Origin: Lytechinus pictus
Taxonomy: Eukaryota
DNA: 64,000 nucleotides
Direction of reading: 5' to 3'
Assembly (NCBI RefSeq): GCF_037042905.1
Contig: NC_087246.1
Coordinates: 64,728,001-64,792,000 of the forward strand
The position numbers and the translations under genes are program-made. A model generated the notes under the pieces. That model searched no databases and was not told where the DNA came from. It was given only the letters and a program-made list of their open reading frames with translations. Of this stretch, positions 45,601 to 58,100 are shown piece by piece. How positions within the stretch are numbered: the first letter of the stretch is position 1; each line of letters begins with the position of its first letter.

Positions 45601-47411
45601 AATTAAATTACATTTTTTTCAATTACAATTACCTATTACTTTGGTCAATTACAATTTCAATTACTTTCTATTTAATAAGTCACAAATAAATTTTGTATGT
45701 AATAGCACCAAAGTTACAGAGAAACTGACAAGATGAAGGTTTAGGTTAAAGAGCATGGATTCTGATCGATACTCTCTTTGATGCTGAAGCATTTGACCTG
45801 AAAAAGGTCATGAAATTAAATCCTAAATTAAGTTTATTGTAAATTAATTGAATGTAATCAAAAGTAATTGACAGTAATTAAAGTCAATTACAATTACTTT
45901 TCCTTTCAAAATTTTCAAATACAATTCCAATTACTCAAAAATGTAATTAAGTAAATGATCAATTACCTTGTAATTGAGCCCAACCCTGATCTGGATTAAC
46001 CTTATGAAAAAAAATATGCTCCTGAAATCACACATTTTTTTAAATCTTAAAGTTATAAATAACTTATAAAAAGATTTTTTAAAAATAGGGCAAAATTTAC
46101 CAAAGTTCATACAATACTAATAGCAGCACTCATTTGTCATATTTTTTTCCTGAATAAAATTAAAAATAAAATAACTTGACCCTTGGTCAAGACAGGCCAA
46201 CTTACTTGCATTTTGAGTAAACTGAACAATATCAATGTCAAATCAAGTATTTTTGCATATTCATTAATCACATGTCCATTCACTGCACTATGACTAGTGT
46301 CAGCATCTTGTTTTATTTTGACATCTCTCTTCTCACAATGAGAATTGATTGAATCACAATTGATTTTGCAATCTAGGGTATATACATGAAGCATGGTGCC
46401 CTAGTTATGCCTGTGTAGTGCCCCTAGCCTTATCTGCATGATTATATCTCCTCGACAAAGGACCATCATGTACATCATGATCTGCCATACAAAAGATATT
46501 CTTATACCAAAGGCCAAGACAGTGAACATCACATTCCTAGCAGTACTCCAGTAGCACATTCATGAATTATGAACTGATGAATAGCCTCAAATTTCAGTTT
46601 CCCTAAACCAGAGAATTTTGACTGTTTACTAAAGTAAAGGCTAAGCTAATAGCCTAAAGGCTAATGCCCGCAGTGGAATGCAGACATTGTTTTACTATCA
46701 TTTATTAAAAATTTAATTTATTAAATTAAAGCCAAGCAAAAATATATGTTTCTTGTCCAGGACCAGAGTTTTGAAAAAAAAATCAAGATAAGATGGGGCC
46801 AACCGGCCATCCAGAAAAGACGAGATTCCATTAAGATTTTTGTCAATCCCACACATACGTTTTCCCAATGACACAAAAAGTACCGTACCATCCATGATCC
46901 ATCAAAATAATGACATGGATGGAGATGCCGTATGTCATTGTCACACAGACTTAATCATATTTACAAATTGATTACAAAGCCCTAACCCGCCTAAGTTGAT
47001 AGAATATAAAACTGATGCATGGTTTCGCATCGCCGTGATGATCGCAGTTTGTCCTGAATTAATGACATAATGCAGGTCAATACTCTTCTTACATATTTAC
47101 AGTTAGTGAGTTACAATAATAGTACTAGTACATACCGGTACGGTAAGGCGCATCGGGCATCGCACTCAATACGCTACACCCACCACGGGCACGGCGGCCA
47201 CGCACCCGACATTTTGACGAGCATACAAATAATTACACACACTTCTACCCCTTTCCTACACACTTTATGAGGAAATATACTCGGATTTATAGAATATTAG
47301 GTGGGAAAGTAATTCAAGTACAATATGTCACATGAAAAATATCAAAGGGAAACAAGAATATAGTAACTTTAAGGCATATTTCGGGACTATCTGTCGTACC
47401 CTGTCAGTCAT
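41026..47411 (-). CDS. RPL14: 60S ribosomal protein L14 (eL14); complement join(47400..47411,[45382..45399 candidate microexon],42265..42366,41544..41792,41026..41088)
   Basis: [62 protein letters not shown] matches eL14. All introns are phase 0 GT-AG. AATAAA lies at 40951-40956 on the minus strand. The first exon (ATGACTGACAGG|GTACGA) is inferred from the adjacent TOP-like tract. Confidence 0.95.
41407..41524 (-). ncRNA. Candidate box H/ACA snoRNA in the last RPL14 intron
   Basis: Sense strand shows a hairpin (GTCAA..GAAAAAATATC/GGTATTTTGTTC..TTGAC), box H AGAGGA (41469-41464), a second hairpin (TTCAT..TGCTG/CAGTA..ATGAA), then ACA plus 3 nt. No target identified. Confidence 0.45.
44426..44575. 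mobile_element. Short MITE
   Basis: TIRs TTGGTCACATTTGCTCTACGGCG / CGCCGTAGATCAAATGTGACCAA. Confidence 0.8.
45511..45988. mobile_element. hAT-like MITE with CAATTA subterminal repeats
   Basis: Perfect TIR CAGGGTTGGGCTCAATTAC and 8-bp TSD ATCTGGAG/ATCTGGAT. Confidence 0.9.
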
Positions 47412-47440
47412 GCTGGAAACTGTGAAAAAAGACCGACGTG
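47412..47440 (-). promoter_or_regulatory. 5'TOP / TCT-type initiator of RPL14
   Basis: Minus strand reads GGTCTTTTTTCACAGTTTCCAGCATG, a pyrimidine tract typical of ribosomal protein gene starts. Confidence 0.7.
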
Positions 47441-48315
47441 AACTACAGAGGGCGTAAAGTAAAATTTAATAAAGGTCACTCCACTGCTTTCATGAGATCG
47501 AGAGAAGCATTCCCAACTTTGAGAAAAAAACTTATTGCAAAAAGAAGTATTCATTAAAAAAGGATTAGGAATACGAATATGCAACCAATGGACCCTCTTA
47601 TTCTTTTCTGTTTGGGATTTCTCAGGAATTAAAATATATGGATTGTCATTTTTTAAAGCTTTTTTCCCTCCTTCGGCCAATTTATTAATAAATGCCAATT
47701 ATTTATAAATGCAGAAATATACCTGCTTAAAAAAAATCATATGTTTACTTAGTTACGAATATACACTGACTAGAATCCATGTAGAATTGATTTCATTTTA
47801 TTTTATTTCATTTCCACATTTCAATAACAAAATATATACATTTCTTCAGCATTTTATAACGATAAACATAATGCTTAATTTGTTTTAAGTCATAATATCA
47901 GATATAATACATGGAAAATTTTCTCTTAAAAAATGAAACAACAAAAAAATACCTATAATATTGTTGATTAAAATGTGGGAGACAGGCAGCCTTCTTAAAC
48001 TTGGACCCTGAAATTGATGGAAGCCTCGAATCAAAAGGGGAGCAAAATACAACTAAATCGAACAATTAAGTGGCGGATAATATGCCAATTAAAATTTTTG
48101 AGGGGGCGATCTGGCGTATGGGACAAAATTTATAAAAATTTGTGAGAAAGCGAAACGAGCGAGCAGAAATTTCGATATTTTTATTGCAAAAAACCAAGCG
48201 GAGGGATGAGAACAGAGAGAGAGAGATAAATAATATCATATTTCACCCTAATTCTCTCTTACATTTTTTCTTTTCTCGGGTCATATACGCCATCTGTACG
48301 CCACAGAAAAGAGGC

Positions 48316-48906
48316 TTAAAGGGATGGTCCGGCTGAAAGTACTTATAGCTTAATAAATAGAGTAGAATTCACTGAGCAAAATGCCGAAAATTTCGTCAAA
48401 ATTGGATAACAAATAACAAAATTATTGAATTTTAAAGATTACCAATATTTTGTGAAAACAGTTGTCATGAATATTCATTAGGTGGGCTGATGATGTCACA
48501 TCCCCACTTGTTCTTTTGTATTTTATTACATGAAATTATAGGTTTATTCTAATTTTTTCCTCCAAGAACTAGAAAAATTGGATTGACAATTAACTGCTTT
48601 AGTGCATTCGATATTTATTGCTGCAACTTATTTCATTATAAGGGAGACATATTATTCACACTAGTATCAAATAATGAAAAAATTATGATTTTATGTAATA
48701 ACATAAGAAAACGTAAAGTGGGGATGTGACATCATCAGCCCACCTAATGAATATTCATGACGACTGTTATAAAATATTGCTAAACTTTAAACTTCAATAA
48801 CTTTATTATTTGTTATCCGACTTTGATGAAATTTTCGGCATTTTGCTCAATGAATTCTACTCTATTTATTAAGATATAAATATTTCAGCCCGGACCATCC
48901 CTTTAA
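48316..48906. mobile_element. TTAA-flanked MITE (Kolobok-type), family D, in the RPL14/PRMT5 intergenic region
   Basis: TTAA|AGGGATGGTCCGG...CCGGACCATCCCT|TTAA with ~200-bp inverted arms. Confidence 0.9.
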
Positions 48907-49199
48907 TATCTTTTATTGCACAAAATAATATCAATCGGTATGAAAGAAAGTGGATATGGATATTCAAATAGAGGTATTAATGCTGACGAAAGTGAAAACC
49001 AACGGAAATCATATTGTTTTTTTGAAAAGCAAAAGCACGTCTTGAAAAAGCCCTTGAAAAGTTATAGTGGCGGTAGCCCCCGTGGGACTCGTAAAAATAC
49101 CCATAGAAAATTCATATGAGTTTTCTGTTAATCTTACTTCTTAGCGTTCCATAACTGTCATTCATACACGTACACAGTACAATATACATGTACAATGCA

Positions 49200-52100
49200 A
49201 TGGCGGCTCAGCATGTGTCTTGCGGGCGATGCCTCGGCTGTGTTCCCGACATCTCAAATTCGATGCAGCTGGCATCATATGCTGGGTAATTATTTCGAAT
49301 ATATTCTAATTTTTTCAATGTTATCATTTATTCTTTCATTGAGCATGTAAAATCATTTCAAGGACTGAGAGATATGATCAAGATTTATCGAGAAAATGTC
49401 ATGATGATGTAGACAGTATTCTACTCTAGTACCGTACTAAGTAACGAGTAACGTACCGTACCGTACTGTGAGTGACCGAGGGCGAAGCTAGTACTAATAC
49501 TACTAGTACTACTAGTACGACTACGAGTCGTTCGACCATGGCGTGACTGGACTGACTCGTAGTCGTACTTAAGTTAAGTTATGTGACCATGGCACAAAAA
49601 AAAAGGAATCACTGAAATGATTATATAGAAAGAAACAAAGAAAGGAATAAAAAAGAAAGAGAAGAAAAGAAAATACAAAAAGGAAATAAATAGAAAGAAA
49701 AGGAAATGAAGGGAGTGTGAACAAATCATAATGGGTAATTAAAGAAAGAATGAAGGAGAGAGAAAAAAAGAGATGAATGGAGAAGAAAAAGAATAATGAA
49801 AGAGAAAAATGAAGTAAAGAACAAAAAGTGAAAAGAAAGTTAGAATTAAAGAAGAATGAAAGAAATAAAGGAAAGAAAAAAAAATGTTCCCTTCATTTTC
49901 TTTGAAATAAAGAAAAAGGAGGAAAGGGAAGATGAATGAAATGTTTAAAAGAAAAAATAGAAAAAAATAAGGAAAAAAATAGAGTAAGAAAAAAAATAGG
50001 ATGCTGAAAGATTCAATGAAGGAAAGGAAAATGTTTCCTTCACTCTTTTAAAAGAAAGAAGTGTGTGTGTGTGTATTTGAGTTTTATCAGACGTGTATCA
50101 ATCAGATATGATTATTTACGTCTGGGACCAACCTTTAAGTTTAACATCACCATCCGAAAGACGTGACCAGGGCTTGAACCTCTGCATCAATTTGTAACTT
50201 CCCCACATACATGTAGCTTGGATTACAGGCGCATGCCACAACTCCCAGAAAAACAGGAAGGAAGGAATAGCAAAAAAGGAAAAAATAAATAAAAGGAGGA
50301 GAGAATGAAAAAAAAGAAAATAATGGAAGGAGAGAAAGAACGAAAAGAAAAGGGAGAGGAAGAGAGAAGGAAGCAAAGTAAAAATTAAGGAAAGAAAGAA
50401 TGAAGGAAATAGAAAAAAGGAAAGTAAGAGAAAGAAGGAAGGAAAGAAAAAAAAAACAATGGGGGACTTTAAGAAGGAAAGAATGAAGAAAATAAATGAG
50501 AGAGGAAGGAATGCTAGGAAATGATAAGAAATAAAGATAGATGGAAAGGAAAAAGGAATTCAGGAAAGATAGGGTGTAGAAAGAAGGAATGGAAAAAAGA
50601 GAAAAAGAAAAATCAGGAAGGAAGGTAAGAAAGAACAAAGTAAGGGGAAAAAGGAAGGAAAGAATGAAAGCAAGAAAGGAATAGAAGAATTAAAGAAGGG
50701 CTGACAGAAAGAATGAAAAGAAGGAGAGGAAGGGAGCAAAGAAAATTTTAAGGAAAGAAAGAAGAAAAAAGGAAATAACGAAAAAAGAAGGAAAGTAAGA
50801 AAAGGAAGGAAGGAAAGAAAGAAAAAATGAACAGCGAGAGAGAGAGAAAGGATCAGAAAAGATTGGAAATAAAGATAGAACAAAAAAAAAGGCAAGCATG
50901 AAGGATAGAAGAAAGGATGAAGAAAGAACAATAGGAAAGAAAGAAAATAGGAAAGGAAGGAAGGAAGGAAGGAAGAAAGAAAGAAAGAAAGAAAGAGGAA
51001 AAAAGGTTCAAACTTCAAGCAAACAATAAAAAATGTAATCATCTAGAACAATAATCCTTTTTTTCAATATATTTTTAAAATTGTTAGAAAACTAAAATGT
51101 TTTAGAAATGAATAAAATTTCAAAGTGAAATGTCAAACTTAAAAATTAGATGAAACATCACTGCATCACATATACACAGGCATCTCTCTTCCCATTACAA
51201 GTTCGCACCGTACCGATAACAAAAAAACTCAAAACAAAAGGTGAAACAACTAGACCGATCTATAGTGCGTATCAAAAAAAAAGTTTACACTTTGAAAAAG
51301 CCCTGGGAATTCAAAAATATACAACATGTGGGTAAATTTTTTACATATAATCTTGGGTTTGGGTCTCATCTATCCAATGAATGTAAAGGTTTTGACAGAA
51401 TGTTACACTTGAGTGAGCACTGTCCATTTTTGTAAAGCTCGCAGAAATCTGTTTGCGCAGAAATGCTCGTTTTCACGCTGTGTCAAGGGGAAAGGGCGAA
51501 ATCAAACTTACCCTGCGAAACATTTCTCATACATTTCCCTTGCACTAGTTTTAGTCAATTAAAATAAAACGGATACATTCTAGCATTTTGCAACAATTTT
51601 GCCACCCAAATTAAAATTTCAACATTTAGTAAGCACAACCTTTACCCTTTTTTGTGCGAGCTGGATCTGAGGACATAACTGAATCTGAACATAAGTTTAT
51701 ATCAGACATCTCCAGCATTTTTTCACTGAGTTTTTATCATTTAAAGTGGGTTTACATTTCATTTTTCATTTCATACTTGTTTCTCCACACTTTTCCCAAG
51801 CTTGGCAATGAATAACAAAATGAAAATCAAGCCTAAGCCATTTCATGTAAATCACAGCTCAGTGTAAAGCAAATATCGTCTCGATGGCCTCGGGGGAGTG
51901 GGGTGGGGCACAATGCACTCTTCGAAGTGTTTTGGGCAAGGAAACAAGTTTAGAAAGATAAAAGATGTCTTCAAATCAATTTTACTAGCTAAATTCCACG
52001 TTCTCTTCATGATTAAGGTCTACTTTTATTTGCATAACTATTTCAAAGTTCTGCACAAATCATTTTTCACTAAATTTTCAAAAGTAAGTGGTGCTCACTC

Positions 52101-55100
52101 AAGCGGAAATATTTTTCGACAGTTATATCGTTATTTGCTTAAATGGATCTGTACTAATGTTAATGTGGAAAAATCTTCAGGATATTACAAATGTATAATT
52201 TTACAGGATTTTTTCAAAGTGTAAACTTTTTTTTGATACGCACTGTAGTAATGAAAACTCAAAAACTAGCTCTTCCGATTACATCACCAAATCAGTAATC
52301 TGAGAATCCATATTCAAATAAATTTCCTGCCGATTTTGTGATTATTTTGGTGGAAAAACTCCAGGGAAAAAGTGTTGAAAAAACTGTTAATCATGTGAGA
52401 TTGTTTACTCTGATTTCAGAGCAGGTCCGGATCCAGGGGGGGGGGGGGGCACAGGGGGCACGTGCCCCCCCCCCCTTTTGAGAAGCAAAATTAAAAATTT
52501 GTAATGTAAAAATGCCATTAAAACTAAAACAAAGGTGTGCCCCCTTTTAGAAATTAAAGACCTTTTTTCTTTTTTTTGCTTGTCAAATTTTTTCGGGTAC
52601 GAAATTTCCTTCATTTGTGGTGAAAAACCTTTTTTTATTTTGGCTTTTCCTCCAAAAAATTCGCCCACCATTTTGGAAAATCTTGGATCCGCCCCTGTTT
52701 CAGAGTTTGCAAAGTACCACTGCTCCGCTCCTGAGTGCCTGCCAGACACAGGCAGGAGGCCATGCCACGTGCAGCAGCTAGTACATGTAAGTATGCTGAC
52801 TTTGCGTGTCTGTGTAGATCAAAGAAAATAGCGGAAAATGGCTTGCAATTGAATTCAGGGAGGTTGTTAACCTTGTTTTGTGTCTCTCTCTTCTGTATTT
52901 GTGCTTGTGAAATATGGGAGAACTTTGTAAACTTTAATTTCACAGTGAGAAAGGGCATGACCGGTATTGAAAAAAAAGCATGTCGGCCATGTTTGAAAAA
53001 AAAGGACACTGCCTGTTTGGCCGTGAATTGGACATGCACAGCGCTAGGCGTGCACATTAGTCATTATCTACTGTACCGCGATCCCGTTCCGAAGATCCTG
53101 TTTTTCACAACGCCCAGTATATTTAGTTCCTTCTAAAAGATCTAGCCCTAAATCATGTAGATGGAATACAACTTAATTTCTGACATTTCTTCAATATTGA
53201 TTTCATTTTTAAACAAGAATTCATTCAAAAAACAAGAAAAATGTTATGAAAAGACGGGGAAACTTGCAACCGTGTTTACATCGCCATCTTGATTTCAGTG
53301 AGCACTTTTAGAAACGTACGTCGACATAGACGACTGGTTCAAGATGATGTAATTTTTTGGCCTGCCATATGCCTCGGGCCCTCACACACGTCCACTATCA
53401 GAATCGAGAACCTTGCCACATCCATTTTGCGGTTCTCCTAAATCATAGTTGACGTGCACGTAAGTGACGTCATTTTAACCGCTCAAGCTCAGCATGAAGA
53501 TCAACCTTTCCCTTTTAAAACAGTTTTTAGTGACTTTTCACAAAATTAATGTAAGTTGTATGATGCATTATGTGTATCATATTTGAAATTGCTTTCTGAT
53601 CTCGGAAATGTATATCCTAACTCGTTTAAAAAGGAATCAAAGCAAGTGAAAGGGCAAGTGTGCACAAGTTGCACCTTCGCATCACCTGACCGGGTCGCCA
53701 GGCGATGGTACGCCAGATCTTCTGGGTCGGGCAGCGTGTCATGACCCGCTGGTTATTGCGCTGTTTCACGTGGACGCACGTACACATACAAGTTGGGTGA
53801 AATCTAAAGTATTCGCATCTGTAGTGAACAAGGGCAGAAGACGACGTTGACTCAACGATCAGACGACTGCTACGCCGTTCTCGTTCACTGCTAAAACTCT
53901 CTATTGTCATTCGCTTGGCGACAGCACGCAAATCTCGCGATTTGCGTGCTGTCGCCAAAGACAATGAAATCAAAATTAGTGAACTCTAGTTCTGGTGAAC
54001 TCCACCAGTATATGCACTCCTTCATGCTGAGTATCGAATGTAGACAACAACTTTACAATGTTGGGCAAGCCCAGAGAAAAAAACTTTATTGAATGTAATA
54101 TTTTATAACATGACTTCACAATTGAATATCTATAACATGGCAGAACTTGAACACTTTTAAATATGTTAATATTCTGGTGGGGTTCACTAACTTTTTAGCA
54201 CCACTGTAAAATTCAATAACCAAGTTATTGATTTTTAAAGGTTTGCATCATTCCGGTGAAACAGTTCCAGGCATGTCTTCATGAATATTCATTAGGGGGG
54301 CTTATGATGTCATATCCCCTTTTGTTCTTTTGTATTTTATTATATGAAATTAGGTTTATTCAAAAAAATTCTACTAAGAACTGAAATACTTGGATTGATA
54401 ACTGATTAAGTGCATTAGTTATTTATTGCTGCAACTTATTTCATCATAATGGAGACACATCATTTACACATACATGAAAAAATGAAACAATTATGATTTC
54501 AAGTAATAAAATAAGAAAAAGTATTGTGTGGATGTGACATCATCAGCCCACCTAATGAATATTCATGACAATGTGCATATAAGTTTTTTCAAAAAATATT
54601 GCTAAACTTTAAAATTCAATAACTTTGTTAGTTGTTATCCAATTTCGATGAAAGTTACAGCATTTTGCTCTGTGAATTAACTCTATTTATTTAGATATAT
54701 CATCAGCCTGGAGCACCCCTTTAAGTTTTGAAATGTTATAATTTTGGAAGTACCACTTTGAGAGCTTGCCCCTTGAGGAAGGAAAGACATTGCTATTTTA
54801 TTTACCATGTACACTGTAGGCCCTACATGTATGTTGTCTTTTATATCTCTCTCAATTAACAGATTTGACTTTGTGGCTATGCCCATCGTGCATCCAAGAT
54901 TCAAGAGAGAGTTTGTAGAAGGAAAAGCCAAAGACAGAGTGGCAGCATTTGCAAGATCAGACTTACTGTTACCAAGCCAAGGTAGGTGTTAAACTGTTAC
55001 TATTGCTAATGTTTAGTTTGACTTTTCAGTGAATCAAGAAAATTTAATTGATATTCTTCTACATTGTTGTGTATGAAGGTCCTAAAGAAGTAGATTTGAT

Positions 55101-58100
55101 GGATTATAAATGTAACAAAAGCATGATGATTGACTTTATAGTGAAACTAGCAAATATGAGCAAGCATTTTTAAAGGAGGGGATACTGAACCATCATAATA
55201 GGTGATACTTAGAAAATTGGTACAGTAGTTTGACTTGATCTCTTAAGACCTTTGCTGTTGAATTTTATATAGAAGTCAGTTTCTTTTCTTTTAAAATGTC
55301 TCATTAACTTAAGTAATTTTGAGAAATTTGAGAAAACAGCATGCATGCCAGAGAAACTAAAAATAAACATAGGCTTATATCTAAAGACCTTTTCAGGGAG
55401 TTGAAAGATTGGTACACGTTGCTAGATTTGCCGAGTATCAAACTGCAAAATAGATCAGGAAAAACCATTTTGATAGTTATTTAGACTGCTAATATTGAAG
55501 AAAAACTTGGCTCAACAATTTTTTTTTTGCTTCGTGGCAAGACCCAAATTCAGTTGCATTTCACAATCTCTTGAATGTGTAGATTGGAGCGCCCTGGTTG
55601 TTGGAAAGCTGTCGGAATGGCTTCAGCCAGACTCTGAGAATGCTGTAGTTCGTCAGAACTCCCAGGTTGCCCTGATGCAGGAGTTGAACTATGCGGCCCA
55701 TCTGAGTCTACCAGCTGTCCTGGTGCCCTTGAATAACATCAACTGTGTTAACTTGGCAAGATGCCTCTACAGCCACATGCAGGGTCATAGCAATCACCAG
55801 GTAAGGGCCCAAATTCACAGTGGTGATCTCAATTCTCGCTTTCAGCAATAACCAAAAGTTCCGAAGTGTAGCTCATTTACTTGTGTGAACCAGTATCTTC
55901 CAGTAGCTTGAAGGTAAGAGGGGTAACACAAGTTTCCAATGATTATTCCTAGAAATGTAAGAAGAGATTGATAATACACGTGGTGCAAAAGTGGATGCAA
56001 CTAGACTAGAGCTAGCTGCAGTGTGAGTAGACCAGAAGGTTGTGAGTCACACATCCCTGAACAAGAAGTAGTTCTAGTACATGACACTGTGAGAGTAAAG
56101 ACAATCTGCATTAGATGAAGTCACTTTTTTTCTTGTTTTTCCTAGACATGTTTCTTTATTTTTCTTTGTTGATCTTATGGAATTAAGGCACATGCACCCA
56201 AACATGGCCGAGGCAGTGGAACATACCCACACTTCATACGGTGCATAAAGTACAGAAAAAATAGTCCTTATAGGTAATGTCATTGTCAACTCCAATACAA
56301 AAAATTATTTAATTGTATTTGTTTTCAGTATATTTCTTCACACTTCATACTGTGCATATAGGTACTAACCTATCCCCCTCCTCATCATTATTGAGTACTA
56401 TACAAATGGGACAATTGTCCATACCAATGTGTGGCACAATAGCCAATTTGAGATTTTATTTGTACAACATTTTTTTAATAATATCTTTTTTTTCAAACAG
56501 CCATAAGTTTCTTATTCTCTATTATTCTTTCAAATATTCACCATCTTTGGTTCTTTGTTTTTTTCATTTTCTCTTGTAATACAAATCATTTTATTACAAC
56601 AGTTGTGTCCCCATTTAACATAATCAGATATTTGTATAGATGGCCTAAGGTAGCTTGGATGTTGCCCAATAGAGTCCTTGATTCACTTCCCAATTTTCTT
56701 TTTACTTTGTAAGGTTTGGATCCATGTACCAATCCAGGCTCCAGGGACTATGACAGATGACCTAGTAGAAAACCCTTCATCGTTTGATGAAACAGAGAAA
56801 GACAACGAGCCTTGGCATTGGTGGAATACACTACGGCGGGCTTGTAACCATCACAAGCGGCTTGGTATAGGTATGTCAAAAACGGGCAGAGCTTTACTAA
56901 CTGGGTGTCGTGGTGTGGGCCTGTAATGTGGGGAAGTTACAAATTGATGCAGAGGTTCAAGGTTCAAGTCCTGGTTATGTCTTTCGGATGAAGACGTTAC
57001 AGGTCTGTCTCTGACGTAAACAATCCTATTTTTATAATGCCTACTTAGCTTGTACGCAAGCGAACGGTAGGCTGAATGTCAAACATTTGTACCGTTGCAC
57101 ACGTACCGTTGCACGGTCAGGAACAAGGTGACGTCAGATGATGTTTGAAGGTTTGCATGGTGGTATTACAATCGCGGTTGTGGTTTGCGGTACAACATGT
57201 GTAAAGTCCTGGAGGGACTGAGATAAAGATAAGTAGATAGAAATGAACTGGAAAGGCGAGAAAGTGGAGGTTTGAAAGAAGAGTATTCTTATTCAACATG
57301 AGTGTAGTCCTTAAAAGGACTGTAAACCAGAAGGAGTGGAAAGCTGAGTAGTAGAGAAGGCTGGCTTGAATCGGCGAATGGAGTAGACGTGACGTATCGG
57401 GCAGGTTGACTGTCCATCTTCAGGCAATCATTGTTCGTATTTTCACTAACTTCCGAGGCATTGTACAACACAAGTAGCAAATATTCTCATTTGTGCAATG
57501 GTGCAACATTTTGCATTCGGTGAAAGAAAGAGACACTGTTCAACGACGCATAGCCGAGTTTAATAGAGTATTTTTCTTTCACCTTATGAAAACTCGCACC
57601 GTTGCACTCACACCATTTCGCTATTTGTATACTGACTGATATATGTCTGTTAAAATGCAAACACTCAATCTAGTTTTACTCTTTATAAGAAACACTAATT
57701 AGGCTGACTGTATGCTGTATATTGACGCTATCCTAGTATGCCATTTAATGAGCGATGCTTTTTTTGTCCACTGCATTAATCAGTTATTTCTCATGTGCAT
57801 AGTGAGTGTAATGTCTGCTTCCTATTTTTAATAGTAGCCGAGGTTCGCTTTTAAAATCTATGATATCGCTGTTTTATTTAGTTGGGAAAAATACAATCAA
57901 TTTTATCAGATTTATCCTGAGAAGCCCAACAAGCTCTGACCAATTTTTTGTCTTATTTTTCTTGTTCTATTTTTTCAGCTCTTGAAGCGACAGCAGACCT
58001 ACCATCACAAGAGATTATTGATAGGTGGATGGGTGAACCAGTCAAATGCGCCATCTTCTCCACATCTCTCTTCCTTACCAATAAGAAAGGGTTCCCTGTA

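Noticed and set aside
50061-50248. Human Alu contamination or a true 7SL gene
   Set aside because: Only ~36-45 nt resemble Alu/7SL and the body is unrelated to both. Two diverged copies are embedded in introns of a coherent non-mammalian PRMT5 gene.
50147-51042. Long F/L/S-rich minus-strand ORFs
   Set aside because: Artefacts of the polypurine tract.
52405-53973. Several overlapping 100-140-aa ORFs in PRMT5 intron 1
   Set aside because: They overlap MITE and transposon-interior sequence, have no recognisable domains and show no splice-consistent structure.
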